This document shows positions 37,326 to 47,342 of a stretch of DNA of 64,000 nucleotides, one piece after another; position 1 is the first letter of the stretch, and the number at the start of each line of letters is the position of its first letter. The notes under the pieces are model-generated. The model ran no database searches and was not told the origin of the DNA. It saw nothing but the letters and a program-made list of their open reading frames with translations. The stretch spans positions 448,001 through 512,000 of the forward strand of contig OZ245742.1 in the NCBI GenBank assembly GCA_965227295.1, written 5' to 3'. Made by a program: the position numbers and the translations under genes. This DNA comes from Leptonemataceae bacterium (GTDB lineage Bacteria; Spirochaetota; Leptospiria; Leptospirales; Leptonemataceae).

Positions 37326-38312
37326 TCACTGAGCCGCGAGCTTCGGCATTTCTGCTAACCCGCGCTCCACGGAAATTACCGGAGCGTAGCCCAGTTCTCG
37401 TTTCGCTTTATCGATGCGAAGCGTACAATCGCGCGAAGTGATGTCCGCGGCGAAACGTGTGAGCGGCGGCGCTTTGCGAATGCGAAAGAGCCGCCACGTG
37501 CCTTCGATAATGCGCGCCAGGAAACGCACCAGGCCGCCCGGCATGGACTTCTCCGGCACGGCCACGCCCTGGGTCGCCACCAGCCCGCCCAGAAAATCGC
37601 GGAAGCTGTGAATCTCGTCGTCGGTAATGAAATACGCTTCCCCGCCCCGACCTTTTTCCAGCGCGAGCACGATGCCCTCGACGACGTTGTCGATGTGACT
37701 CGTCGAAGTTTTTGCCCGCCCGCCGTCGATCCACAGGAACGAACCCGCTTCGATCATCTGTAAGATTTCCGGAAGTATGGTTTCATCCCCCGGCCCCCAG
37801 ACCATGCGCGGTCGCACGGAAATCGTGGCGAAATTCGCGCCGGGATCGTTCGCGGCCAACACCCGTTTCTCCGCTTCCATTTTCGTTTCGCTGTACAGAT
37901 ACGGAGAACGGCGCGGCGGATACGGTTCCGTCTCGTCGATGTCGCGCATGTGTTCGCCGTAGAAGAGCGCCGCCTCGGTGCCCACGTGAACGAAACGTCG
38001 CACGCCCGCCGCCCGGGCCGCTGCTAACATCTGTTCGGTACCGGTTACGTTGGCCTCCCAGAAATCCTGGCGACTGCCCCATTGTTCCACGTAGGCCGCG
38101 CTGTGGACGACGCCCTGGCAGCCCTGGAGATGTTCCGCTGCCACGGCACCGAGGGAACAGCGCACCGGTTCAATGCTCGCATGCACGGCGCGGATCTTTT
38201 CGTCGCTTCGCTCGGAACGCGACATGGCGCGCACACTGTGTCCGTCTTTGATGAGCCGCCGGGCGACGGCACCGCCGATGAAACCGGACGCGCCGGTGAG
38301 GAAGATTTGCAT
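37326..38312 (-). CDS. NAD-dependent epimerase/3-beta-HSD-like extended SDR
   Basis: TGASGFIG, HSAA, YSETK, RP..VWGPGD. Confidence 0.92.
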   Translation of the reverse strand: MQIFLTGASGFIGGAVARRLIKDGHSVRAMSRSERSDEKIRAVHASIEPVRCSLGAVAAEHLQGCQGVVHSAAYVEQWGSRQDFWEANVTGTEQMLAAARAAGVRRFVHVGTEAALFYGEHMRDIDETEPYPPRRSPYLYSETKMEAEKRVLAANDPGANFATISVRPRMVWGPGDETILPEILQMIEAGSFLWIDGGRAKTSTSHIDNVVEGIVLALEKGRGGEAYFITDDEIHSFRDFLGGLVATQGVAVPEKSMPGGLVRFLARIIEGTWRLFRIRKAPPLTRFAADITSRDCTLRIDKAKRELGYAPVISVERGLAEMPKLAAQ

Positions 38313-38418
38313 GATGAGATCCTGAAGCGGCCCCGGAACGCAACAAGTCCTTTTTTGCGACCCGGCGGCGGGATATTTTTCTTGTCTTCGAGTGCACTCC
38401 AGGTGGTTCACTGGGAAC

Positions 38419-38865
38419 ATGAGTACACGGAAAAGGACCCTGACGATCGGCGAACTGGCCTCGCGTACCGGGCGCAGTGCACACACGCTTCGCTACTACG
38501 AATCCGCCGGCCTCATTCCGGGAGTCGTCCGGGATGAAGAAGGGCGGCGGGTTTACTCGCATCGGCACGTCGGCTGGCTGGAATTACTACAGCGTTTGCG
38601 GCAGTCCGGCATGTCGATCCAGGAGATGAAGCAATACGCGGAACTCGTGGAACGGGGCGAAAGTACGGTCGGAAATCGCAAAGACTTCCTGCTCGAACAC
38701 GGGCGCAACATTCAGCAAAAGATTGATGAACTGCAACAATGCCTCGCACTCGTGAAAGACAAGGTTAAATTCTACGATCGCTGGCTGAGCCTCGGTCATA
38801 GGCCGAGGCGACCGCCGCGCCTCTCGGGATCGGAGCAGCCCGGGACCCACGAAAAGATTTGCTGA
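38419..38865 (+). CDS. MerR family transcriptional regulator
   Basis: TIGELA..TG.SAHTLRYYE..GLI. Confidence 0.93.
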   Translation: MSTRKRTLTIGELASRTGRSAHTLRYYESAGLIPGVVRDEEGRRVYSHRHVGWLELLQRLRQSGMSIQEMKQYAELVERGESTVGNRKDFLLEHGRNIQQKIDELQQCLALVKDKVKFYDRWLSLGHRPRRPPRLSGSEQPGTHEKIC

Positions 38866-38899
38866 ATAGAATTTGATTCAAAATAACGGGAGCCGCACA

Positions 38900-39307
38900 A
38901 TGAGCGCAATCGAAAACAAAAAACTCATGGAAAACGTATTTGCGGGGCTCGCGACGGGCGATCAAAAACCGCTTCTTCGCAGCCTGGGCGAGAACATTCG
39001 CTGGCATATCATCGGCGAGACGCCGTGGTCCGGTACTTACGAAGGCAGACGCGCCGTACTCGGTGAACTCCTCGGCCCGCTCACGGCGCAGTTTGCGACT
39101 CGCTACAAGAATGACGCGCAGCGGATCCTCGCGACGGACGACTATGTGATCGTAGAAAGCCGGGGCCGGGTTCAAACCAGGGCCGGCAAATCTTACAACA
39201 ACACCTATTGCTGGGTTTGTCGAATTTCAGACAACAAGATTCAAGAATTAAACGAATACCTTGATACGGAGTTACTCGCCGGCCTGGAAGGGCCGCCCCC
39301 GGCGTAG
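38900..39307 (+). CDS. SnoaL/NTF2-like protein
   Basis: W...G.TPWSGTYEG, YNNTYCWV, EY.DT. Confidence 0.88.
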   Translation: MSAIENKKLMENVFAGLATGDQKPLLRSLGENIRWHIIGETPWSGTYEGRRAVLGELLGPLTAQFATRYKNDAQRILATDDYVIVESRGRVQTRAGKSYNNTYCWVCRISDNKIQELNEYLDTELLAGLEGPPPA

Positions 39308-39316
39308 AAGCGGTCC

Positions 39317-41137
39317 TCAGCCCGCGCGTTTCCCGGCTTCGCCCGATTGCACGCGCCACAGATCCGCATAGACTCCGTTCTGCGCCACGAGATTGTCGTG
39401 GCGCCCGTCTTCCACGACCCGGCCGTTCTGCAACACGAGAATGCGATCCGCGCCGCGAATGGTCGATAGGCGGTGGGCAATGATCAAGGCCGTTTTGCCG
39501 CGAGTGAACTCGTTCAGGTTTTCCTGGATCTCGCGCTCCGTTTCCGTGTCCACCGACGACGTGGCCTCGTCGAAGATCATCAGCGGGGCGTCTTTTAAGA
39601 TGGCCCGGGCGATACTTAAGCGCTGGCGCTGGCCGCCGCTGAGTTTGATGCCCTTCTCGCCGACCATCGTCTCGTAACCGTCCGGCAACGTAAGCACAAA
39701 GTCGTGCAGGCGCGCCAGGCGGGCGGCCTCTTCGACGGCAGTCCGCAGTTCGCCGGCATCCTGCTCATCCACGAAACTTCCGTAGGCGATGTTCTCCGCA
39801 ATGGTGCCGTGAAAGAGATAGACGTCCTGGCTCACGAGCGCAATATTCCGTCGCAGATCCACTAACTTTAGATCACGAACATTTACTTCGTCCAGACAGA
39901 CGCGACCGGACGTCGCATCGTAAAAACGTAACAGCAGCTTGATCAACGTCGACTTGCCCGCGCCGGTGGAACCGGCGATGCCCACGGTCTGCCCCGGCTC
40001 CACGCGAAAGTGCAGGCCGTCGAGCACCGGCACGCCGTTGCCGTACTCGAAGCGCACGTTCTCGAAGGCGAAACCGCCCTGCGCCCGGCCGATCTCCCGG
40101 TGTTGCTCCGGGTCGCGAATCTTACTTTCGCTGGCGAGCAATCCGAACGTGCGCCGCGCACTGGCCTTCGCCCGTTCGTATTCGTCGAGCACGTTCCCCA
40201 GACGCGTGAGCGGCCAGAGCAGGCGCTGAATCATCATGGAAAAAAGTACCAGGCCGCCCACGCTTAGAATGCCGTCGTCGCGCAGAACCCAGTAGGAGCC
40301 CACCAGCAGGACGCCGCCGAATCCCAGGGCCACGCCCATGCGAATGAGCGGCACGTACAACGCACTGAGTTTAATTGCCTGGAAGTTAGCGGAGCGATAT
40401 TCGTCCGAGGCCTCGTCCACCCGCCGCGATTCAAAGCGCTCCGCCGTGAAGCTCTTGATCACCGCCACCCCGGCGATGTTGTTCTCCAGGCGCGCGTTGA
40501 GTTCGCCCACGGCCTTGCGCACGCGAGCGTAGCGCGGCGAGATCACTTTCTGGTAACGAAGGCTGCCCCAGAGGATGAGCGGGATCGGGAGAATGCCGAG
40601 GATGGCCAGTTGCCAGGAGACGCCGAGCAGTACAACGCCGGTAAAGAGAAACAGGACCAGTAGTTGCAGGAGTTCGTTGAAGCCGGTGTTCAGGAATCGT
40701 TCGAGTTGGTTGACGTCGTCGTTCAGCATCGTCATGGTTTCGCCCATGCGATGGTTTTCAAAGAACTCCAGTTCCCGGGACTGAATGTGATCGTAAGCGT
40801 CGGTGCGCAGGCGATGCTGAACCTTTTGCGCGAGCGTCATGAAACCGTACTGGTACCACCACTGAAAGAACGACTCCAGCGCGAAGATCAACACGCCGAG
40901 CACCGCCAGAAACGAAGCCATGGCCAGGGGCGTGCCCGTGCCGAAGGCGAAACCGACGAAGTTCGCAATCCAGTTCGGCGGCTCGCCGCGTACGGAATCG
41001 ATGACCCAGCCCACGAGCACCGGCGGCATGAGATCCAAGACCTTGTTACAGACCGAAGCAAAACACGCGCGATACAACTCCAGACGATGAGGACTGAGGT
41101 AGCGCCGTAGTTCGTGCAGGGCGTTCGGACCGTTCAT
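39317..41137 (-). CDS. ABC exporter, fused permease/ATPase
   Basis: TM domain; GSTGAGKST, LSGGQRQR, DEATSSVD, IAHRLST. Confidence 0.95.
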   Translation of the reverse strand: MNGPNALHELRRYLSPHRLELYRACFASVCNKVLDLMPPVLVGWVIDSVRGEPPNWIANFVGFAFGTGTPLAMASFLAVLGVLIFALESFFQWWYQYGFMTLAQKVQHRLRTDAYDHIQSRELEFFENHRMGETMTMLNDDVNQLERFLNTGFNELLQLLVLFLFTGVVLLGVSWQLAILGILPIPLILWGSLRYQKVISPRYARVRKAVGELNARLENNIAGVAVIKSFTAERFESRRVDEASDEYRSANFQAIKLSALYVPLIRMGVALGFGGVLLVGSYWVLRDDGILSVGGLVLFSMMIQRLLWPLTRLGNVLDEYERAKASARRTFGLLASESKIRDPEQHREIGRAQGGFAFENVRFEYGNGVPVLDGLHFRVEPGQTVGIAGSTGAGKSTLIKLLLRFYDATSGRVCLDEVNVRDLKLVDLRRNIALVSQDVYLFHGTIAENIAYGSFVDEQDAGELRTAVEEAARLARLHDFVLTLPDGYETMVGEKGIKLSGGQRQRLSIARAILKDAPLMIFDEATSSVDTETEREIQENLNEFTRGKTALIIAHRLSTIRGADRILVLQNGRVVEDGRHDNLVAQNGVYADLWRVQSGEAGKRAG

Positions 41138-41141
41138 GCGG

Positions 41142-43673
41142 TCACGATTTCACATCGTTCTGCGAACGCGCGAACTTTTGTTTTTGCACGGCGCCAAGAA
41201 TGGCGTTCAGGAGCGTTTGTTTGCCCACGGGTTTCGTGAGATAACCGTCGAAGCCCATTGCCTCGGTCCGGCGAATGTCCTCGTTCGTCGCGTTCGCCGT
41301 CAACGCCAGCACCGGCGTATGGGCGCGCCCCGACTCCTGCTCGAATTCGCGGATGAGCCCGGTCGCCGCGTAACCGTCCATCTCCGGCATTTGAATATCC
41401 ATGAGCACAAGATCGTATGACGCCAGGCGAAACATCTCCACGGCCAGCCGACCGTTCTCGGCCAGCTCCAGTTCCAGCGACGTATCTTTCAAAAAACGCT
41501 GAATCAAAAACTGATTATCCGGATTATCTTCGGCCAGCAGAATGCGCAGCTTCAAATCCGCGGGGAAGGCCTCGGCTTCCTGCCGGGGACCGGCGTGCAG
41601 CATGGAGAACTGCGCGGCCTCATCCGCGGCCACCCGCGGAAAGATCGCCGTAAACGAAAAGCGACTGCCCTGCCCCGGCCGCGACTCCACGTGAATGTCG
41701 CCGTGCATGAGTCGCACCAATCGCCTGGAGATGGCCAGGCCGAGCCCCGTACCTTCATGACGACGCGCGTTGGAAGAGTCCGCCTGGGAAAACGTGTCGA
41801 AGATCTTTTCGAGTTTATCCGCGGGGATGCCGACGCCGGTGTCCCGCACCGCGAACTCGAACTCCACCCGATCCCCCAGGTCCCGCAGCACCTTCGCTTC
41901 GACGACGACTTCGCCCCGTTCCGTAAACTTCACCGCGTTGCCGGTTAAGTTGATGAGCACCTGTTGCAGGCGCGCCGCGTCCCCGCGTACGATCAACGGC
42001 GGTTCACCGGAGGCGGCATCGAAGTCGAGATCCATGGATAGTTTCAGTTCGCCCTCGTCCAGCCGGACCGAGTCCTTACGGGCGGCGGCGCGAAATCGAA
42101 AAACGGCGATGGTATCCTCAACAACAGAGATGGGATCGAAGGGCGATTCGTCCATCTCCAGTTTGCCGGCTTCGATGCGCGAAAAATCCAGGATGTCGTT
42201 TACCTGATGCAAAAGATTCCGGCCGGCGCGGTCCAGAACGCGGACGTACTGGCGCTGTTCGTTTTCGAGGTTCGACTCTTCCAGGAGTTCGGCGATGCCG
42301 ACGATGGAGTTCAACGGCGTGCGGATCTCGTGGGACATGACGGCCAGGAAGTCGGACTTCGCCCGGCTGGCTTCTTCGGCCTGGCGTCGGGATTCTTCCA
42401 GTTCTCGCGTGCGTTCCACTACACGATCTTCCAGATCTTCCGAGAGACGTTCCGCCGTCGCGAAAGCCCGCGCGGACTTGCGCGATACGATGTAAGCCTG
42501 GAACAGGATCAGGATGATCAAACCGTACGGCCCGGTGTTGCGATAGAAATCCAGCCAGTTGCGGCTGGTAATGATGTCCAGGATGACCGTAGCACTGAAC
42601 AGACTGCCGCCGATCAGTATGCTGCCGGCTCCTTCCCGGCCGCGCCAGAGCGCCACGGCAGTCGTGGCGATGCCGTACAGAATCGTACTGACGGAAACGA
42701 TTTGCAATAACGTCAGCCCGATGCTGTAGACTATGAGCGGGGTACTCAGAATGAGCACGATGTAAGCCGCGGCATAAAATAGAATCAAGCGCAGAACAGT
42801 GCGGGACCATTCCCGCGCGAAGAGATGATACAGGAACATCGCCGCGGCGGCGAGACCGATGGCGAATGTCGAGTACTCGATCTTCAACAATAGTTCGAAT
42901 GGGATCTCCGGGAACATCCGCACGAGATAGTACTCGCCCGTAACAAGATTGCGCAGACCCAGGGCGAAACAGAAGACCGCGAACCACAGGTTCAGCCGCT
43001 CCTGGCGGCGCAGCAGAAAGAGAATCGCCTGGTAAAAACCCATGATCCCGAGGGCGCCGGAAACAAACAGAGCCAGGTTGCGATCATTCTCGTGCCGGCG
43101 GCGCAGATCCCGTTCCGTGCCGAGCGTCAACGGCTCGTCAAAGCCGCCGCGACGGTGCGCGAAGTTCGCAATGTGTACTACGATGTGCAGCTCCGCGGCC
43201 CGGGGAATGACCACAAGATCCGGATAAAAGGCCGGCTGCGTTTCCGCTGCGGTGGTGCCGGGATTGCCGGCGCGGTAAACCTCGACGCCGTTGACGTAGG
43301 CCACGGTCGCCGTGTTCAGATCCAGAAACTTCAGGGCGTAGAAGCGGTGGCGCTGCGCATCACTAATATCGGGTGCGTGCACATTAACATAGTAGGTGCC
43401 GTAACGCACCTCCGCCGGCCAGGCCGAAGGTACACGCAGGTACGCCGATTCGGGGTTCTCGAGGACCAACGCACCGCCGACGAAACGCTCCGGCGGAACG
43501 AACTCACCTGCAAAGAACAGCCAATCCCCGTTCAGGCTAACGGAGCCGCGGCGATCGAACTCGTAGCCGCGCAGGTCCAGCCGGCCCTGCCGGACTTCGG
43601 GAACCGCTTCGTCGCCGGCCGGCAGCGATGCCGGTAGAATCAGCACGAACAACACGGCCGCCGCTATGCGCAT
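41142..43673 (-). CDS. Hybrid histidine kinase (7TM-DISM sensor, HisKA, HATPase, REC)
   Basis: L.G.W.F and VP..W extracellular domain, 7TM, MSHEIRTPLN, NAVKFT, GTGLGL, DIQMP; start approximate. Confidence 0.93.
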   Translation of the reverse strand: MRIAAAVLFVLILPASLPAGDEAVPEVRQGRLDLRGYEFDRRGSVSLNGDWLFFAGEFVPPERFVGGALVLENPESAYLRVPSAWPAEVRYGTYYVNVHAPDISDAQRHRFYALKFLDLNTATVAYVNGVEVYRAGNPGTTAAETQPAFYPDLVVIPRAAELHIVVHIANFAHRRGGFDEPLTLGTERDLRRRHENDRNLALFVSGALGIMGFYQAILFLLRRQERLNLWFAVFCFALGLRNLVTGEYYLVRMFPEIPFELLLKIEYSTFAIGLAAAAMFLYHLFAREWSRTVLRLILFYAAAYIVLILSTPLIVYSIGLTLLQIVSVSTILYGIATTAVALWRGREGAGSILIGGSLFSATVILDIITSRNWLDFYRNTGPYGLIILILFQAYIVSRKSARAFATAERLSEDLEDRVVERTRELEESRRQAEEASRAKSDFLAVMSHEIRTPLNSIVGIAELLEESNLENEQRQYVRVLDRAGRNLLHQVNDILDFSRIEAGKLEMDESPFDPISVVEDTIAVFRFRAAARKDSVRLDEGELKLSMDLDFDAASGEPPLIVRGDAARLQQVLINLTGNAVKFTERGEVVVEAKVLRDLGDRVEFEFAVRDTGVGIPADKLEKIFDTFSQADSSNARRHEGTGLGLAISRRLVRLMHGDIHVESRPGQGSRFSFTAIFPRVAADEAAQFSMLHAGPRQEAEAFPADLKLRILLAEDNPDNQFLIQRFLKDTSLELELAENGRLAVEMFRLASYDLVLMDIQMPEMDGYAATGLIREFEQESGRAHTPVLALTANATNEDIRRTEAMGFDGYLTKPVGKQTLLNAILGAVQKQKFARSQNDVKS

Positions 43674-43814
43674 TCCGCCGCCCCGTCGTCGCAGGCTGCT
43701 CCGAATCATCTCCACACCCGGTTGTCCACCCACGGACGATCGAGAGCAAGCCCTTTTGCTGGCCTGCGCGCACATCGCTTGACATGAATCTTACGGAACG
43801 CAGGCTCGGATTGC

Positions 43815-44897
43815 ATGGCCTCGTCCTCTCCCCGCAGCCGTCTGCTCGTTTTCTACGGCATAACCGTGCTGTTTTTTCTCGTGTTCTTTCTTGTGATCGC
43901 GGAGCTGCTCGTACGCATTCAGGGAGCCTACGCCACCTGGACCGAAAAGAGCGGCGGCGTCTTCGTTTCGTCATACATGGCCGTCCACGACAGTTGGTAC
44001 TTCACGCACGGACCGAACGCAACGTTCTCGTACAATCAGCCGGAGTTCGACTACGATCGCAGTACGAACTCCGAGGGCCTCCGTGGTCCGGACGTGCCGC
44101 AGGCGAAGCCGGCCGGGGAGTATCGCATCCTGTTGCTGGGTGATTCTTTTGCCGAGGGCCAGGGCGCACCGCTGGAACGTACCGTATTAAGTACCCTGGT
44201 CCGCAGCCTGAACGCGGAATCGTACAAAGGGCTGCGCTACCGCGGCATTCCCGGCGGCATGGTAGGCAGCGATCCGTTTTTCTGTTACGTCCTGCTGCGC
44301 GACCGCCTGCTGAAGTACGGTCCGGACCTCGTCCTGCTGATGGTGAATGAAAGCGACATGGGCGACATCATCGGCCGGGGCGGCATGGAGCGATTTCACG
44401 AGGACGGCAGAATGCGCGGACCGCACCCGCCGGCCATCGAAGGGTTGTTCGCGCGCAGCCATCTGGCGCGTTTTTTTCTAATTAAAGTGCTCGGCTACGA
44501 CTGGCGCCTGCTGTCACCGTCCGACCAGGACGAGACCAACACCAACGCACAGATCATGATCGCGGAGCTGGCCCGGGAGTTCGAGGCGCTGGGAGACAAG
44601 CACGGCTTCGAGTTCATGCTGATTTTTCATCCGTTGAAACATGAGGTGGTACCGGACGCACCGCCGATTTATCCGCACGCGAAGCGACGCCTGGACGAAC
44701 TCAACGCCGCAACGAGCAAAAACGACATCGTCTATGGCGACGTTACGCCGGCCATGCGCGCGGCCTTCGGCGAACCGTTCAACTTCCACCGCATGGACGA
44801 TCTATACTGGCCCGTCGACAATCATTACACCGGCGAAGGTTACGAAGTCGTTGCCCGGGCCGTTGAATCATTCCTGAAAGAAAACCAGGTCCTCTGA
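43815..44897 (+). CDS. Membrane-anchored SGNH/GDSL hydrolase
   Basis: N-terminal TM; NSEGLR, LLGDSF.EG, DNHY. Confidence 0.87.
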   Translation: MASSSPRSRLLVFYGITVLFFLVFFLVIAELLVRIQGAYATWTEKSGGVFVSSYMAVHDSWYFTHGPNATFSYNQPEFDYDRSTNSEGLRGPDVPQAKPAGEYRILLLGDSFAEGQGAPLERTVLSTLVRSLNAESYKGLRYRGIPGGMVGSDPFFCYVLLRDRLLKYGPDLVLLMVNESDMGDIIGRGGMERFHEDGRMRGPHPPAIEGLFARSHLARFFLIKVLGYDWRLLSPSDQDETNTNAQIMIAELAREFEALGDKHGFEFMLIFHPLKHEVVPDAPPIYPHAKRRLDELNAATSKNDIVYGDVTPAMRAAFGEPFNFHRMDDLYWPVDNHYTGEGYEVVARAVESFLKENQVL

Positions 44898-44900
44898 TCC

Positions 44901-45977
44901 GTGGAACTCCAGTTAGGTTCTCTGCGCATCGGCCGGCCGCGCCTGGGCATCGCTCTCGGCAGCGGCGCTGCTCGCGGCTGGGCTCATGTCGGAATCCTGC
45001 AGGCCTTTCAACAGGCCGGCGTAAGCATCGACATTATCACCGGGACCTCGGCCGGCGCCGTGGTCGGAGCGTTCTATGCGGCCGACGCCCTGGACAGCCT
45101 CGAACGCTTCGGCGAAGAATTGAAGTCCTTTCGGGCGACGTTCAACTACATGGATTTTACTCTGCCCGCCCGCGGCCTGATCGGCGGGCGTAAGTTCATC
45201 GGCTTTCTCGAAGAATACCTGCCGGTGCGGCGCTTCGAAGAATTGCAAAAACCCTTAGGTATTGTTGCTACGAACTTAATGGATCTGGGCGAAGTGCACA
45301 TCTCCGCGGGCGCGTTAATTCCGGCGATACGTGCTTCGGTAGCGGTGCCCGGCTTCCTGGCGCCGCAAGATGCAGGTGAAATGCAATTAGTAGACGGCGG
45401 TCTGGTGAATCCGGTGCCGGTGAGCCTGGCGCGCAAACTCGGCGCGGACCTGGTGATCGGCGTGGACCTGGATGCGAAGGTCGCCCTGGACAAACGCCGA
45501 CGCGCCGAGTCCATGGGCGCGATTTTTGATCGCACCATCGCGGCCATGATGAATCGCGTGCGCCTGGCGAATCGTTTTTTTCATCCGGCGGATTTGTGGA
45601 TCGAGCCGCATCTGCCCGACTACGGCTTTCTGGATTTTCACCGCACCGAAGAAGCCATCGAGGCCGGCCGAAAGATCGGCGCGGACATCATTGACGACGT
45701 ACGTAAGTTAACGAAACCGCATTTGATTACGGGCGACCGCGTGGTCCGCGTGCCGGAGTTTCTGGGCCGCGCGCTGTCGCCGAGTTTGCCGGAGCAACGC
45801 TCGCCCGAGATGATGGACGAAGAAGTCGCCGACGGGGAACAGACGGATGCGGTACTGGAGGATGCGAGTACTGACGGCGCGCAAGACGTGGATGACGACG
45901 ACGCCATGCGCGAAGAGTACGATCGCATGCAGAAGATGTGGGATTTTCTGGGCGCCGCGTTTCGGGAGAAGGAGTGA
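44901..45977 (+). CDS. Patatin-like phospholipase (RssA-like)
   Basis: GSGAARGWAH, GTSAG, DGG; acidic tail. Confidence 0.92.
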   Translation: MELQLGSLRIGRPRLGIALGSGAARGWAHVGILQAFQQAGVSIDIITGTSAGAVVGAFYAADALDSLERFGEELKSFRATFNYMDFTLPARGLIGGRKFIGFLEEYLPVRRFEELQKPLGIVATNLMDLGEVHISAGALIPAIRASVAVPGFLAPQDAGEMQLVDGGLVNPVPVSLARKLGADLVIGVDLDAKVALDKRRRAESMGAIFDRTIAAMMNRVRLANRFFHPADLWIEPHLPDYGFLDFHRTEEAIEAGRKIGADIIDDVRKLTKPHLITGDRVVRVPEFLGRALSPSLPEQRSPEMMDEEVADGEQTDAVLEDASTDGAQDVDDDDAMREEYDRMQKMWDFLGAAFREKE

Positions 45978-47198
45978 TCAACGCAACGTGGGATAGGTAC
46001 CGGAGGTCGGCGGATTCCAGACGTTCGTGAAGTCCCAACCCACATAAGTACCTTCCACCCGTAACGTTGTAGTCGAATAACCCTCTACTTCCGTGCCGCC
46101 CGGTGCGGCCCCGGCACCGGCCGTGGGTCCGGTGTACGAGGAGTTGTAGTAGTTCCGGGACCAGGTCGTTGCACCGGCCACGTTTCCCGCGGCCGCGCCC
46201 TCGTTCGCGGTTCCCGAAACATTAGAAACAACGTAGTTGCGGCTCACAGTGCCGCCGGACACGGTTCCGATCAAGCCGCCCACGTTTGTATCGCCGCTCA
46301 CAGGACCGCCGATCATAAACGAATCCTCCAACGTACAGGAAATGCACTGGCCGATCAAACCGCCCACGTTGCTGGCACCGCCGTGAGGATGATGGTTCGC
46401 ACTGGACCGCTGAATCGTAGACAGATTCGCATAACCGGCGAGCCCGCCGCAATTATTCGTGGTACAGATCACGTTGCCCCGCCGGTCACAATCGCTGATC
46501 GTCGATGAGATGAGGCGACCGACGATACCGCCGCCGTCGCTCTGGGAACTCACGGCTCCAGGCGTCAGCGTGACGGAGATGGATTCGAACGTTGATCCGA
46601 TGCCATAGGCCGCAACAGCCCCCACCCGATCCTTGCCGGTAATCGTAGGTGCCGGCAGGGTAAAGTTACGAATCGTGGAGCCGTTAACAACGCCGAACAA
46701 TCCTACGTCGTCGCTACCGACATAGACGGCCCACAAGGATGTGATCGTGTGCCCCTCCCCGTCGAAATTTCCCGTAAAGTGAGTCGTACTGTTACCGATG
46801 GGCGTGTGATTCGGCACCGAAGACATATCCAGATCGCTTTTCAAAGCGAAGCTTGAGGACCACAGGGACGGCGTGAGACTGAGAATCTGCAGTTGCGAAG
46901 TCGTACAGATCCAGTACGGATTGCTTGCGCTGCCGTCGCCGGTATCGGAAGTTCCGGACAGTGGAAAACTTGTCGCCGACGTCAGCGAGGAGCACTCGGG
47001 CGAGGTGGTGGTATCCGCATCTGCCTCCCCCGCAACGGGAGAAGCCGGCTGCAACAGAGCCAGCAGTGCGAGGCTGAGGCCGTCCGCCCCACCGGACGCG
47101 CTGTCGCTTCCGCTCGCCGCCGCACTCAACAACAAACAGTTGGAGAAACCGGCCAGAATGAAAATGAGAGTGAGGCGAGCAATGCGTACCGGGTTCAT
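45978..47198 (-). CDS. GLUG-motif beta-helix lipoprotein
   Basis: Signal ending GFSNC; G.GS.SNPY.I, F.G.FDG.GHTI, repeated VGGLIG, WDF..VW..YPTLR. Confidence 0.88.
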   Translation of the reverse strand: MNPVRIARLTLIFILAGFSNCLLLSAAASGSDSASGGADGLSLALLALLQPASPVAGEADADTTTSPECSSLTSATSFPLSGTSDTGDGSASNPYWICTTSQLQILSLTPSLWSSSFALKSDLDMSSVPNHTPIGNSTTHFTGNFDGEGHTITSLWAVYVGSDDVGLFGVVNGSTIRNFTLPAPTITGKDRVGAVAAYGIGSTFESISVTLTPGAVSSQSDGGGIVGRLISSTISDCDRRGNVICTTNNCGGLAGYANLSTIQRSSANHHPHGGASNVGGLIGQCISCTLEDSFMIGGPVSGDTNVGGLIGTVSGGTVSRNYVVSNVSGTANEGAAAGNVAGATTWSRNYYNSSYTGPTAGAGAAPGGTEVEGYSTTTLRVEGTYVGWDFTNVWNPPTSGTYPTLR

Positions 47199-47342
47199 AA
47201 ATATAGAATAGTAAAACATCGAAAGAACGACAGGCAGACAAGCCTTTTTCGAGACAGGCCCATCTGTGGATTGTTAAGCTTTTGTTAGCGCAATACTAGC
47301 GAGCCGGGACCCCGCGCCCCCGCGGACCGGACGCTCCGAAAC